A stretch of 64,000 nucleotides of DNA from an uncultured Alphaproteobacteria bacterium (GTDB lineage: Bacteria; Pseudomonadota; Alphaproteobacteria; HIMB59; GCA-002718135), in NCBI GenBank assembly GCA_902625365.1, contig CACOAX010000001.1, positions 173,329-237,328 on the forward strand, in the 5' to 3' direction. Below the pieces are notes generated by a model, which had not been told where the DNA came from, made no database searches, and worked only from the letters and a program-made list of their open reading frames with translations. This document shows, one piece after another, positions 39,464 to 49,918 of this stretch. How positions within the stretch are numbered: position 1 is the first letter of the stretch; every line of letters begins with the position of its first letter. The translations under genes and the position numbers were made by a program.

Positions 39464-40507
39464 ATGACTCAAAATTACAATGTAGCAATAGCTGGCGCAA
39501 CAGGGGCAGTAGGCACAGAAATAGTGCAAATATTAGAACAAAGAAATTTTCCAATCGATAAATTATTCTTATTGGCTTCATCAAAGTCTAAAGGAAAAAA
39601 AGTAGAATTTAGAGACCAAGAAATCGTCGTAGAGGATTTATCCGAATTTGACTTTTCAAAAGCACATATTGGCCTATTTTCTCCTGGAGGGAAAATTTCT
39701 GCAGAATATGCACCTAAAGCAGCTAAAGCTGGATGTATAGTAATAGACAATACTTCACATTTTCGGATGCAACAAAATATTCCTTTGGTAGTTCCCGAGG
39801 TAAATGCAAATGCTCTAGATGATTTTTTTGATGATGAAAACCGAACAAACATAATTTCTAATCCTAATTGCTCAACAATACAAATGGTTGTTGCATTAAA
39901 ACCTCTTCATGAAAAAGCGATAATAAACAGAGTAGTAGTTTCAACATATCAAGCAGTATCTGGTGCTGGGAAAACTGGTATGGATGAATTATTTAATCAA
40001 ACACAAAATGTTTATGCAAATCAAGAATTAAAAAAAGAAAAGTTTACAAAGCAAATTGCTTTTAATGCAATTCCTCATATCGGCGCTTTTTTAGAAAATG
40101 GTAACACTGAAGAAGAACAAAAAATGATTGATGAAACAAAAAAAATTCTAGACGAAGGAATTAATGTTTCAGCAACTTGTGTTAGAACGGCAGTTTTCAT
40201 AGGACACTCGGAAGCAATAAATATTGAATTTGATTCTCCTTTAGACGAAAAAGAAGCTAATGAAATTTTATCTAACACTGAAGGAATTTCAGTTATTGAT
40301 CACAGAAAAGATGAGGGTTACGTCACTCCAGTTGAGATAGCAGGAGAAGACAAAGTTTATGTAAGCAGAATCAGGAATGACCAATCAATAGATAATGGTT
40401 TAAACCTATGGGTCGTTTCAGATAATCTAAGAAAAGGAGCAGCTCTTAATGCTGTTCAAATTGCTGAGTTAGTAATTTCGAAGTATTCAGATAAAATATC
40501 AATCTAA
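39464..40507 (+). CDS. asd: aspartate-semialdehyde dehydrogenase
   Basis: IAGATGAVG, SNPNCSTIQMV active-site Cys motif. Confidence 0.96.
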   Translation: MTQNYNVAIAGATGAVGTEIVQILEQRNFPIDKLFLLASSKSKGKKVEFRDQEIVVEDLSEFDFSKAHIGLFSPGGKISAEYAPKAAKAGCIVIDNTSHFRMQQNIPLVVPEVNANALDDFFDDENRTNIISNPNCSTIQMVVALKPLHEKAIINRVVVSTYQAVSGAGKTGMDELFNQTQNVYANQELKKEKFTKQIAFNAIPHIGAFLENGNTEEEQKMIDETKKILDEGINVSATCVRTAVFIGHSEAINIEFDSPLDEKEANEILSNTEGISVIDHRKDEGYVTPVEIAGEDKVYVSRIRNDQSIDNGLNLWVVSDNLRKGAALNAVQIAELVISKYSDKISI

Positions 40508-40508
40508 T

Positions 40509-40583
40509 TGGCGGTCTCGTAGGGACTCGAACCCCAAATCCATGTTCCGAAGACACGTGTGATATCCATTTCACCACGAGACC
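40509..40583 (-). tRNA. tRNA-Arg (anticodon UCG), CCA encoded
   Basis: The reverse complement folds as a cloverleaf: GGTCTCG-TG-GTGA-AATGGATA-TCAC-A-CGTGT-CTTCGGA-ACATG-GATT-TGGGG-TTCGAGT-CCCTA-CGAGACC-G-CCA. The anticodon loop CT-TCG-GA gives TCG. Confidence 0.85.
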
Positions 40584-40658
40584 TATTATTTTGTTTATTC
40601 ATTATTGAAATTTTCTAATTTTTGAATGAAAATTTTTAAACAAAAGCATTTATTTTTT

Positions 40659-41258
40659 TTACCAAGAGCTATCAGGTTGTTTTAAAAATAATTCTTCCTT
40701 GTCGGTTGTATCTCTATTTAATATTTTATTTCTATGAGGGTATCTTCCAAATTTTTTTATAGCTATTGTGTGGTCATTCCATGCTTTTTTAATTTTTTCA
40801 TAGTCTAAATGATTTTTTAAAAATTTATCAACTAAATCATGACCAAATATATGATCTTTTATATCTTCACTATGAATAAGAGGTAGTAATAAAAAATGAA
40901 TTTTATCTTCATTTAATTTGAATAAATAATTTTTACTAACAGCCTCTTTAACAATATTTCTACATTTCTTATCTTGTTCATAGGCTTTAGTATTATCTCT
41001 AAAAAAGTTTCTTGAAAATTGATCTAGTAACATAATTAACGCAACACATTCCTCTGGATTATCTTTCCAATCATCGATTTCATTATTAGTTGCCTTAATG
41101 TAATCCTGCATAAAATTATTTTTTAAAGTAATATCAAAATCTTCATCTTTTTTAAACCATTGCTCCATCGGAGTTTCAACAAAACAAAATTCTAAGATTG
41201 CTTTAGCTCTTTCATTAATCACGTAGCTGTAATATAAATATATATTTCCAAATGGCAT
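40659..41258 (-). CDS. DUF924 family protein
   Basis: ILEFCF...WF N-terminal pattern and the LLDQFSRNFFR motif. The true start may be the GTG at 41222, since the longest ORF overlaps the divergent udg start. Confidence 0.75.
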   Translation of the reverse strand: MPFGNIYLYYSYVINERAKAILEFCFVETPMEQWFKKDEDFDITLKNNFMQDYIKATNNEIDDWKDNPEECVALIMLLDQFSRNFFRDNTKAYEQDKKCRNIVKEAVSKNYLFKLNEDKIHFLLLPLIHSEDIKDHIFGHDLVDKFLKNHLDYEKIKKAWNDHTIAIKKFGRYPHRNKILNRDTTDKEELFLKQPDSSW

Positions 41259-41923
41259 TAAGTAATTTAAATAAATCCATCATTCATTGCACAAAGTGTG
41301 AGCGCTTAGTTAACTTTCGAGAAAAAATAGCTAAAGAGAAAAGGAAACAATATTTTGATCAAGATTATTGGGGAAAACCTATAACAGGTTATGGAGATCA
41401 AAATGCAAAACTTTTAATGGTCGGTCTTGCCCCTGCAGCACACGGAGGCAATAGAACTGGACGTGTTTTTACAGGTGATAAATCTGCTGATTTCTTGTTC
41501 TCATGCTTGTATAAAACTGGATTTGCCAGCCAACCAGACTCGGTAAACAGAAATGATGGTTTAAAGTTATATAATATGTATTTAACTACCGCCCTTAAAT
41601 GTGTTCCTCCAGAAGATAAACCTACATCTAAAGAATTAAAAACATGTTTTAATTTTTTTAATCAAGAAATTAACCATTTAAAAAAAATCACAACAATTGT
41701 TGCATTAGGAAAAATTGGTCACGATGCATGTATAAATTATTATAAGCAATACTACGAAATAAAAAATAAAGACTTTATTTTTTCTCATGGTTCAACAAAA
41801 ATCTTACCTGATAAAAAAATTTTAATAGGTAGTTACCATCCAAGTCCTAGAAATGTTAATACCGGAAGAATTGATCAAAACAAAATGGTAAAATTATTAA
41901 ACAAAATCAAAAAAATACTTTAA
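41252..41923 (+). CDS. uracil-DNA glycosylase superfamily protein (family 4/5-like, Fe-S type)
   Basis: CTKCERL N-terminal Cys, GLAPAAHGGNRTGRVFTGD motif, SYHPSPRN motif B. Confidence 0.85.
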   Translation: MALSNLNKSIIHCTKCERLVNFREKIAKEKRKQYFDQDYWGKPITGYGDQNAKLLMVGLAPAAHGGNRTGRVFTGDKSADFLFSCLYKTGFASQPDSVNRNDGLKLYNMYLTTALKCVPPEDKPTSKELKTCFNFFNQEINHLKKITTIVALGKIGHDACINYYKQYYEIKNKDFIFSHGSTKILPDKKILIGSYHPSPRNVNTGRIDQNKMVKLLNKIKKIL

Positions 41924-41929
41924 ATTTTA

Positions 41930-43120
41930 ATGAAAAAATTTTTCTTATATGATCCAAATCTGTTGATTTATGGATTTATTATGGTCTTCTTTGCAAGTTT
42001 TGGACAGACTTTCTATATTGCATTATTTAATGAAGATATTCGTAATTTTTATAAAATTACTGATGGTGAGTTTGGATTAGTTTATGCCATCGCTACACTT
42101 GTAAGCTCATTATTATTTATTAACTTTGCTAAATTAATAGATAAAATAGATTTGAGATTTTATTCAATTGGTGTAATTTTTGGTTTAGCTTTCGCTTGTA
42201 TTGGTTTTTATTATATTTTTGACAACATTTTTCATCTTTTTCTCATTTTATTTTTATTACGTTTTTTTGGACAGGGAGCTATGACACATGCTGGCTCAAC
42301 TTCAATGGCAAGATATTTTTTAATTGACAGAGGTAAAGCGATATCAGTTGCAACTGTTGGAGGGATGTTAGCAATAATGATTTTACCAAAGATTGTCGTT
42401 AATTTAGACTTATACTTTAGTTTTAAAACTCTTTGGTTTTTAACAACCCTGACTCTTTTAATCTTAATTCCAATAATTTACTTTATTCTTTATAATCAAA
42501 AAAGCAGGGATGCTTTTCTTCAAAAAAATATTGATAATGAGAAAACACATAAAAGTTGGACCATTATAGAAATTTTAAAAGACCGAGTTTTTTTTATTTA
42601 TTTTCCATTAGCTGCATCCTTTCCATTTATTGGAACAGGGTTAATGTTTCATCAGATTTATATTTTTGATACTAAAGGATGGACAATGGAAATGCTTGGA
42701 AATGGCTATATATATTTTGGGTTATTTTCTATTTTAGGATTGTTAATAGGGGGGCCATTAATAGATAAAATAAATACAAAAAAAGCAATACCTTTTGTGC
42801 TATTACCTTTGTTAGTTTGTATTACCGTTCTTTTTTTCTTAAATAGTTTTTGGTCATTCGTACTTTACATGTCTTTATTTGGATTTAACCTTGGTTTATC
42901 AGCACCTTTTATGGGATCACTCTGGGCTGAAATTTATGGAGTAAAAAGTATTGGAACCGCTAAAGCATTACTACACGCAGTTACAGTATTTGCAAGTGCT
43001 TTATCGCCTGTTGTTTTTGGTTATATTATTGATTGGGGTTATGGAATATCAGTTATATTTTTAATTAGTTTCATTATGATTGTTGTATCGTCAATTTTAC
43101 CAATAATTTATAAAACATGA
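41930..43120 (+). CDS. MFS transporter
   Basis: 396 aa, about 12 TM segments. Confidence 0.8.
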   Translation: MKKFFLYDPNLLIYGFIMVFFASFGQTFYIALFNEDIRNFYKITDGEFGLVYAIATLVSSLLFINFAKLIDKIDLRFYSIGVIFGLAFACIGFYYIFDNIFHLFLILFLLRFFGQGAMTHAGSTSMARYFLIDRGKAISVATVGGMLAIMILPKIVVNLDLYFSFKTLWFLTTLTLLILIPIIYFILYNQKSRDAFLQKNIDNEKTHKSWTIIEILKDRVFFIYFPLAASFPFIGTGLMFHQIYIFDTKGWTMEMLGNGYIYFGLFSILGLLIGGPLIDKINTKKAIPFVLLPLLVCITVLFFLNSFWSFVLYMSLFGFNLGLSAPFMGSLWAEIYGVKSIGTAKALLHAVTVFASALSPVVFGYIIDWGYGISVIFLISFIMIVVSSILPIIYKT

Positions 43121-43257
43121 ATAAACAAATAATAGAGAGTCTTAATTTTCTAATTAATGAATACAAACGATTAAAAAAGAAAAAAGAGAATAACAGCATT
43201 AGCAGGGGTGAACTGGAAACTTTAAAAAAACTTCAACAGTATTTAGGTAAAAAATAA
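43117..43257 (+). CDS. small hypothetical protein (46 aa, not in ORF track)
   Basis: Manual translation gives MNKQIIESLNFLINEYKRLKKKKENNSISRGELETLKKLQQYLGKK. Its ATG overlaps the MFS stop (ATGA) and its stop overlaps the zapE ATG (TAATG). Confidence 0.45.
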   Translation: MNKQIIESLNFLINEYKRLKKKKENNSISRGELETLKKLQQYLGKK

Positions 43258-44291
43258 TGTTTAATGTTATTGATCAATACAATAGTTTTATTGAAAACAA
43301 TTTTATAAAAAAAAATGAAGATCAAATTGAATTTCTTAAACAAGCTAACAATATATGGTCATCCTTTAGTAAAACAAAACTATTTTTTAAGGATAAAATT
43401 TATGAGGGAATTTATCTCTACGGTCAAGTTGGAACGGGAAAGACATTTTTATTAAATTTATTTTATCAAAATACCAAGATTGGAAAAAAAATTCATTTTA
43501 ACAATTTGATGAACGAAATTCACAAACAAGTTAAAAATTCTGAAAATAAAGAATTTGCAATCGAAAACTATGTAAAGAATTTAAGTAGAGATTACAAAAT
43601 AATTTTCATTGATGAATTACATATTTTTAATATTGTCGACGCATTAATAATTAAAAAAATTTTTAATTATTTTTCAAAATATAAAATATTTATTTTACTC
43701 TCATCAAATTTTCATCCAGATAATTTATATAAAGATGGTTTACAGAGAAATGATTTTCTACCATTCATTGATTTAATTAAAAATAATTTTTTTCTTTATG
43801 ACATCAATATTAAAACTGATTTTAGAAGACAGACATTAAATCAATCAAAGACATATTTTACACCTATAACAACTGACACAACAAATGAATTTGAAAAATT
43901 ATTTAATCGCTTTGTTGATCCTTCTCACTTGACTACTATTAAAATTAAATCCAAAAGTCGTGAACTAGAGTTTGATAAATGTACTTCGAACCTCATGATG
44001 ATAGATTTTAAAAATCTTTGCGAGGTAAACTTGGGCAACGAAGACTATAAAAATATTGCAGATAAATTTAAGTTGCTATTTTTAAAAAATGTTCCTGAAT
44101 TTGATAATCAAAAAAAAGACTCTTGTAGAAGATTTATTGGATTAATAGATATGCTATATGAAAATAATTGTTCAATTGTAATTTTAGCTTCAAAACCTGT
44201 AAATTCTTTAAATAATATTACTACTCTTGCTGAAGAATTTAAAAGAACCGCTAGTAGATTATATGAAATGACTATAGTGAAACCAGATTGA
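43257..44291 (+). CDS. zapE: ZapE/AFG1-family ATPase
   Basis: YLYGQVGTGKTFLLN Walker A, IIFIDELH Walker B. Confidence 0.88.
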   Translation: MFNVIDQYNSFIENNFIKKNEDQIEFLKQANNIWSSFSKTKLFFKDKIYEGIYLYGQVGTGKTFLLNLFYQNTKIGKKIHFNNLMNEIHKQVKNSENKEFAIENYVKNLSRDYKIIFIDELHIFNIVDALIIKKIFNYFSKYKIFILLSSNFHPDNLYKDGLQRNDFLPFIDLIKNNFFLYDINIKTDFRRQTLNQSKTYFTPITTDTTNEFEKLFNRFVDPSHLTTIKIKSKSRELEFDKCTSNLMMIDFKNLCEVNLGNEDYKNIADKFKLLFLKNVPEFDNQKKDSCRRFIGLIDMLYENNCSIVILASKPVNSLNNITTLAEEFKRTASRLYEMTIVKPD

Positions 44292-45277
44292 TGAAATACA
44301 TAATTAGATTCTTAGTAAGTACATTAGTTTTATTAATAATAGTTTATTTTTCTGCAGGTTTTTATGTTGCTTATCAAATTTTAAAAATAGATCCAACTTG
44401 TGGTTTACATGAAGGATCACTTCCTAATTCATGGAGTACAAAAGTTGATTCACATGAATATTCAATCCTTGCTCGACAAAAAGTAAGAGAAAATTTTAAC
44501 TTTAAAGACTATTATTTAAATGAATGGCAAGATGTCTATTTTCAATCTCGTGACTCTGATATCAAGATTAACGGATGGCTATTTAATTACTTTCCAAATA
44601 GACCAATTATAATTGTTACGCATGGTATAAGTCCAAATGGTAAATGTAAGTCCGAGTCTAATGTTATAGCAGGTTTTTTAGTTAATAAAAAATTTAATGT
44701 TCTCACAATAGATTTAAGAAACTATGGTCAAAGTGATACTGTGAGTAACTATGATGATTTAGGTTTAAAGTCGTATAATGATATCCTTGGTGCTTTCGAC
44801 TTTTTAAAACAGATTGGTTTTAAGTCTAATAGTATAGGTTTACTTGGCATCTCCCTTGGAGCAAGTACATCTATCTTTGCAGCAAATGCGGAGCCAGATA
44901 TACTTGCAGTATGGGCCGATAGTTCACTGGCTGAATTTAATATGATTTTAAAAGATGAAATTGCAAGATATGGCCTAGCTATAGAATTTGGACCAGCAGT
45001 GAGTTTAGCTGGAAGAATTTTAACTGGAATAGATCCAAGAGAATTATCTCCAGCTAAAAAATTAACAGACAAACAATTCTATTTTTTTACTCACGGTGAC
45101 TCTGATACAAGAGTCTTAACAAGACATTTTAAATATTTTGAAGAATATACAAATAAAAATAAAATTAATGCTGAATTTTGGTTAGTTGAAAACTCTTATC
45201 ATGTTGATGCTATGTTTAAATATCCAGATGTATATTCTAAAAAGATGGAAGAGTTTTTTAATAAAAATTTAAATTAG
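44291..45277 (+). CDS. membrane-anchored alpha/beta hydrolase
   Basis: N-terminal TM segment, GISLGAS nucleophile elbow, HGDSD and SYHVD candidate Asp/His. ATG overlaps the zapE stop (TGATG). Confidence 0.8.
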   Translation: MKYIIRFLVSTLVLLIIVYFSAGFYVAYQILKIDPTCGLHEGSLPNSWSTKVDSHEYSILARQKVRENFNFKDYYLNEWQDVYFQSRDSDIKINGWLFNYFPNRPIIIVTHGISPNGKCKSESNVIAGFLVNKKFNVLTIDLRNYGQSDTVSNYDDLGLKSYNDILGAFDFLKQIGFKSNSIGLLGISLGASTSIFAANAEPDILAVWADSSLAEFNMILKDEIARYGLAIEFGPAVSLAGRILTGIDPRELSPAKKLTDKQFYFFTHGDSDTRVLTRHFKYFEEYTNKNKINAEFWLVENSYHVDAMFKYPDVYSKKMEEFFNKNLN

Positions 45278-45414
45278 GCCGGACTCTAAAACTAGTTTGT
45301 ACCTTGGCAGACACTTCTCTAGAATAAGAAACTCAACTAATTATCAAACGGCGGGTAAGATAATTAAAAAATTCTTGGCGTTCCTCCGAAGCTAAGAAAC
45401 GAGTATTATCCGGC
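45278..45414 (+). ncRNA. candidate structured RNA (leader of the sdh operon or an independent small RNA); family unknown
   Basis: Closing stem GCCGG/CCGGC, with three internal hairpins. About 40 percent G+C by hand count (55 of 137), in a much more AT-rich 332-nt spacer. The strand call rests on one G-U pair. Confidence 0.4.
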
Positions 45415-45609
45415 TAATCAAAATTAATATTTATATGTAAAAAATTCAAGATATTTAGTAAAATAAACTATAAAAATTTAGAGATTTTAAGCAATTTTTT
45501 CATTTTTTATCAACATTTTAGTAAACATACATGATAGTAAGTAAAAAATGTCTAAATTTTGAAATTAGTTACAAAAAATATAAATATATTACATATAAAT
45601 GTTAATAGA

Positions 45610-45981
45610 ATGATTGATAACAGGCCATTATCACCACACTTGTCTATCCATAAAAAGGTTTTGACCGCAGTTTTTTCAATAACTCATAGGATGACAGGTA
45701 TTGGACTTAGTATTGGGTCTATACTTATTTCAATCTGGTTTTTACTCATTAGTTTAGGGCCAAAATATTTCTTTTATTTTGAAATGATATCTCAAAATAT
45801 ACTTTTTAAACTTGTTCTTCTAATTTGGACAATAGGTATTTTTTATCATTTATTTAATGGTTGTAGAAAATTGTATTGGTCATTTGGAATAGGAATGGAT
45901 TTAAAAACTGTTTACACGTCAGGTTATATTGTAATTGTTTTAACTATATTATCTACTTTAGTGGTGTGGCTTTTACTATGA
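45610..45981 (+). CDS. sdhC: succinate dehydrogenase cytochrome b556 subunit
   Basis: NRPLSPHLSIHK...HRMTGIGL heme-ligand motif. ATG 45610 preferred over the upstream TTG at 45559. Confidence 0.88.
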   Translation: MIDNRPLSPHLSIHKKVLTAVFSITHRMTGIGLSIGSILISIWFLLISLGPKYFFYFEMISQNILFKLVLLIWTIGIFYHLFNGCRKLYWSFGIGMDLKTVYTSGYIVIVLTILSTLVVWLLL

Positions 45982-46307
45982 AAAACTATGCATTAAAATG
46001 GGTTCTGCAAAGGATTACAGCTACTATAATGATACCTTTAACTTTTTGGTTCATTTATTCAGCGATTTCTATATCAAAAATGGGATACGATGAAATTAAT
46101 ACATTCTTTAATTCATATATTAATTCAATACTTTTCTATGTGATGATGATTTCTATGCTTCTTCACTCTAAATTAGGATTACAAACAATAGTAGATGATT
46201 ATGTCACATCGAAAAAAATTTCAAAAAATATTAAACGCATTTTGAATATAAACGCATATATATTGATGATTTTAATAACTATATTTATAGTAAGAAATAT
46301 ACTTTAA
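45978..46307 (+). CDS. sdhD: succinate dehydrogenase membrane anchor subunit
   Basis: [15 protein letters not shown]...; three TM segments; ATG overlaps the sdhC stop (ATGA). The ORF-track start at 45876 is an extension inside sdhC. Confidence 0.88.
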   Translation: MKNYALKWVLQRITATIMIPLTFWFIYSAISISKMGYDEINTFFNSYINSILFYVMMISMLLHSKLGLQTIVDDYVTSKKISKNIKRILNINAYILMILITIFIVRNIL

Positions 46308-48103
46308 TGCCTAAAAATTCTTACAATATAATTGACCATCACTACGATGTTGTCGTAGTGGGTGCTGGAGGTTCAGGCTTAAGAGCGACACTTGGATGTG
46401 CTGAATCTGGATTGAAAACCGCCTGTATTTCAAAAGTATTTCCAACAAGAAGTCATACAGTTGCTGCCCAAGGCGGTATTGGAGCAGCTTTAGGAAACAT
46501 GGGAGAAGATAATTGGAAATGGCACATGTATGATACTGTTAAAGGCTCTGATTGGTTAGGTGATCAAGATGCTATAGAGTATCTCTGCTCAAAAGCTCCT
46601 GAAGCAGTTATTGAGTTAGAAGAATATGGAATGCCGTTTAGTAGAACAGAAGATGGTAAAATTTATCAGAGACCTTTTGGTGGACATTTAACAAATAATG
46701 GAGAAGGCGCTCCTGCAATGAGAGCATGTGCAGCAGCTGATAGAACAGGTCATGCTCTTTTACACACTTTGTATCAACAATCCTTAAAGAATAACGTTGA
46801 ATTTTTTATTGAATACTTTGTTTTAGATTTGATAACAGATGAAAATGGTAATTGCATAGGTGTAGTTGCTTGGTGTTTAGAAGATGGTTCTATACATCGC
46901 TTTTTATCTCATCAAACTATCCTAGCTACTGGTGGATATGGTAGAGCATATTTTTCCTCAACTAGTGCTCATATTTGTACAGGTGATGGAAGCGCCATGG
47001 CATTAAGACAAGACCTCCCTCTTTCTGATATGGAATTTATACAGTTTCATCCAACAGGAGTATACGGGGCTGGAGTTTTAATTACCGAAGGTGCAAGAGG
47101 TGAGGGCGGTTACTTAACTAATAGTGATGGAGATAGATTTATGGAAAGATATGCTCCTAATGCTAAAGATCTTGCTTCCAGAGATGTTGTTAGTAGAGCT
47201 ATGACAATAGAAATTAATGAAAAAAGAGGTTGTGGTGAAAATGCAGATCATGTTCTACTTCATCTTGAACATATAGATGCAGACACTATACATAAAAGAC
47301 TGCCTGGTATTTCTGAAACTGCAAAAATTTTTGCAGGAGTTGATTTAACTAAGAAACCAATACCAGTTCTACCCACAGTACATTATAATATGGGCGGTAT
47401 TCCGACAAACTATAGAACAGAGGTTCTTAGGCCAACAAGTGACAATCCTGACAATGTATGTGAAGGTCTGATGGCAGTTGGAGAAGCAGCATGCGTTTCT
47501 GTTCATGGTGCTAATAGACTAGGAACAAATTCACTAATTGACCTTGTCGTTTTTGGAAAAGCATCAAGTGAAACATGCAAAGAAAAAGTAAAACCTAATT
47601 CAAAAAAAATTGAAATTAGCAAGTCTAGAACCGATGGAATTATTGATAGATTTGACAAGATTAGGCATAGCAAAGGAGATTCAACAACTGGAGAATTAAG
47701 AACTTCAATGCAACATATAATGCAAAAAAAATGTGCTGTATTTAGAACTCATGAATTAATTTCTGATGGTATAAATGAATTCCAAGAAGTTGAAAACTCT
47801 ATGGACTCAATAGATATAAAAGATAGGTCACTAATATTTAATACAGATCTTGTAGAGTCTTTAGAGTTACATAACTTAATGGCTCAATCAAAAGTTACAC
47901 TTCATTCTGCTTTAAACAGAACTGAGAGTAGAGGAGCACATGCTCGTGAGGATTATCAAGAAAGAGATGATAAAAATTGGCTTGTTCACTCGTTAGCTTG
48001 GCTTAAAGATAGCGGGGAAGTTAATATGGGAAAAAGAGCAGTGCATACAAACACATTAACGAATCATGTCCAACCTATTCCTCCGAAAAAACGAGTATAT
48101 TGA
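46307..48103 (+). CDS. sdhA: succinate dehydrogenase flavoprotein subunit
   Basis: [24 protein letters not shown]-linked His motif, 598 aa. Confidence 0.98.
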   Translation: MPKNSYNIIDHHYDVVVVGAGGSGLRATLGCAESGLKTACISKVFPTRSHTVAAQGGIGAALGNMGEDNWKWHMYDTVKGSDWLGDQDAIEYLCSKAPEAVIELEEYGMPFSRTEDGKIYQRPFGGHLTNNGEGAPAMRACAAADRTGHALLHTLYQQSLKNNVEFFIEYFVLDLITDENGNCIGVVAWCLEDGSIHRFLSHQTILATGGYGRAYFSSTSAHICTGDGSAMALRQDLPLSDMEFIQFHPTGVYGAGVLITEGARGEGGYLTNSDGDRFMERYAPNAKDLASRDVVSRAMTIEINEKRGCGENADHVLLHLEHIDADTIHKRLPGISETAKIFAGVDLTKKPIPVLPTVHYNMGGIPTNYRTEVLRPTSDNPDNVCEGLMAVGEAACVSVHGANRLGTNSLIDLVVFGKASSETCKEKVKPNSKKIEISKSRTDGIIDRFDKIRHSKGDSTTGELRTSMQHIMQKKCAVFRTHELISDGINEFQEVENSMDSIDIKDRSLIFNTDLVESLELHNLMAQSKVTLHSALNRTESRGAHAREDYQERDDKNWLVHSLAWLKDSGEVNMGKRAVHTNTLTNHVQPIPPKKRVY

Positions 48104-48897
48104 TGGTACAATTTACTTTACCCTCCAACTCTAAAATTACAGAGGGAATAAATCATAAAATTAAAGAGCCTAATGAGTCACCAAGAAAATTAGTAATTTA
48201 TAGATGGGACCCAGAAGATGATAAAAATCCTAGACTCGATACTTATGAGATAGATCAATCAAAATGTGGCCCAATGGTCTTAGATGCGTTAATGAAAATT
48301 AAAAATGAAATTGATCCATCATTAACATTTAGAAGATCTTGTCGTGAAGGCGTATGTGGCTCGTGTGCTATGAATATAGATGGTGTAAATACTCTTGCAT
48401 GTTTGAAAAGTATGTCTGATGTTAAAAAAGATATACGTATATATCCTTTACCACACATGAAAGTTGTTAAAGATTTAGTTCCTGATTTAAGTAAGGCATA
48501 TGAACAATTGGCTTCAATTAAACCTTGGCTTGAGAGAAAAAACACATCTAATGGAAATGCTAATAATAATGGTGAAGAAAAAAAACAATCACCAAAAGAT
48601 AGAGAAAAACTAGATGGTAAATGGGAGTGTGTATTATGTTTTTGTTGCACTACTTCTTGTCCAAGTTATTGGTGGAATGGAGATGAATATCTAGGACCTG
48701 CAGTCCTTTTACAAGCAGCAAGATGGGTAAGTGATTCTAGAGACTCAGAAAGGAAAGAGAGATTAAAAGCAATAAATGATTCATTAAAACTTTATAGATG
48801 TCATTCAATAATGAATTGTACTAGGTCTTGTCCTAAAGGACTAAATCCAGCCAAAGAAATTGCTGGACTTAAAAAGGCTATTGTTACAGAATTATAA
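48103..48897 (+). CDS. sdhB: succinate dehydrogenase iron-sulfur subunit
   Basis: [42 protein letters not shown] clusters. Confidence 0.97.
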   Translation: MVQFTLPSNSKITEGINHKIKEPNESPRKLVIYRWDPEDDKNPRLDTYEIDQSKCGPMVLDALMKIKNEIDPSLTFRRSCREGVCGSCAMNIDGVNTLACLKSMSDVKKDIRIYPLPHMKVVKDLVPDLSKAYEQLASIKPWLERKNTSNGNANNNGEEKKQSPKDREKLDGKWECVLCFCCTTSCPSYWWNGDEYLGPAVLLQAARWVSDSRDSERKERLKAINDSLKLYRCHSIMNCTRSCPKGLNPAKEIAGLKKAIVTEL

Positions 48898-48915
48898 TTA
48901 AAGTATAAAACTTAA

Positions 48916-49878
<963 letters not shown>

Positions 49879-49918
49879 TTGTATTTTTATCCAATCTAAC
49901 TATTACCTTTTTATCAAA

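Noticed and set aside
41222-41258. A 7-nt head-to-head overlap of the divergent DUF924 and uracil-DNA glycosylase ORFs looked like an unusual overlapping-promoter arrangement.
   Set aside because: It is most simply explained by an over-extended DUF924 ORF. A GTG at 41222 gives an N-terminus (INERAKAILEFCF...) consistent with the family and removes the overlap.
45278-45414. Attempted to assign the sdhC-upstream element to a known family: glycine, SAM-II/V, TPP, fluoride, guanidine, preQ1 and ZTP riboswitches; SRP RNA; 6S RNA; tmRNA; tRNA-like.
   Set aside because: None of the conserved core sequences I remember for these families is present. I therefore report it as unclassified rather than naming it. 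A covariance-model search is needed.
45548-45562. A 4-codon upstream ORF (ATG TCT AAA TTT TGA) just before sdhC.
   Set aside because: It is too short and lacks an SD. Such mini-ORFs are expected by chance in AT-rich spacers.
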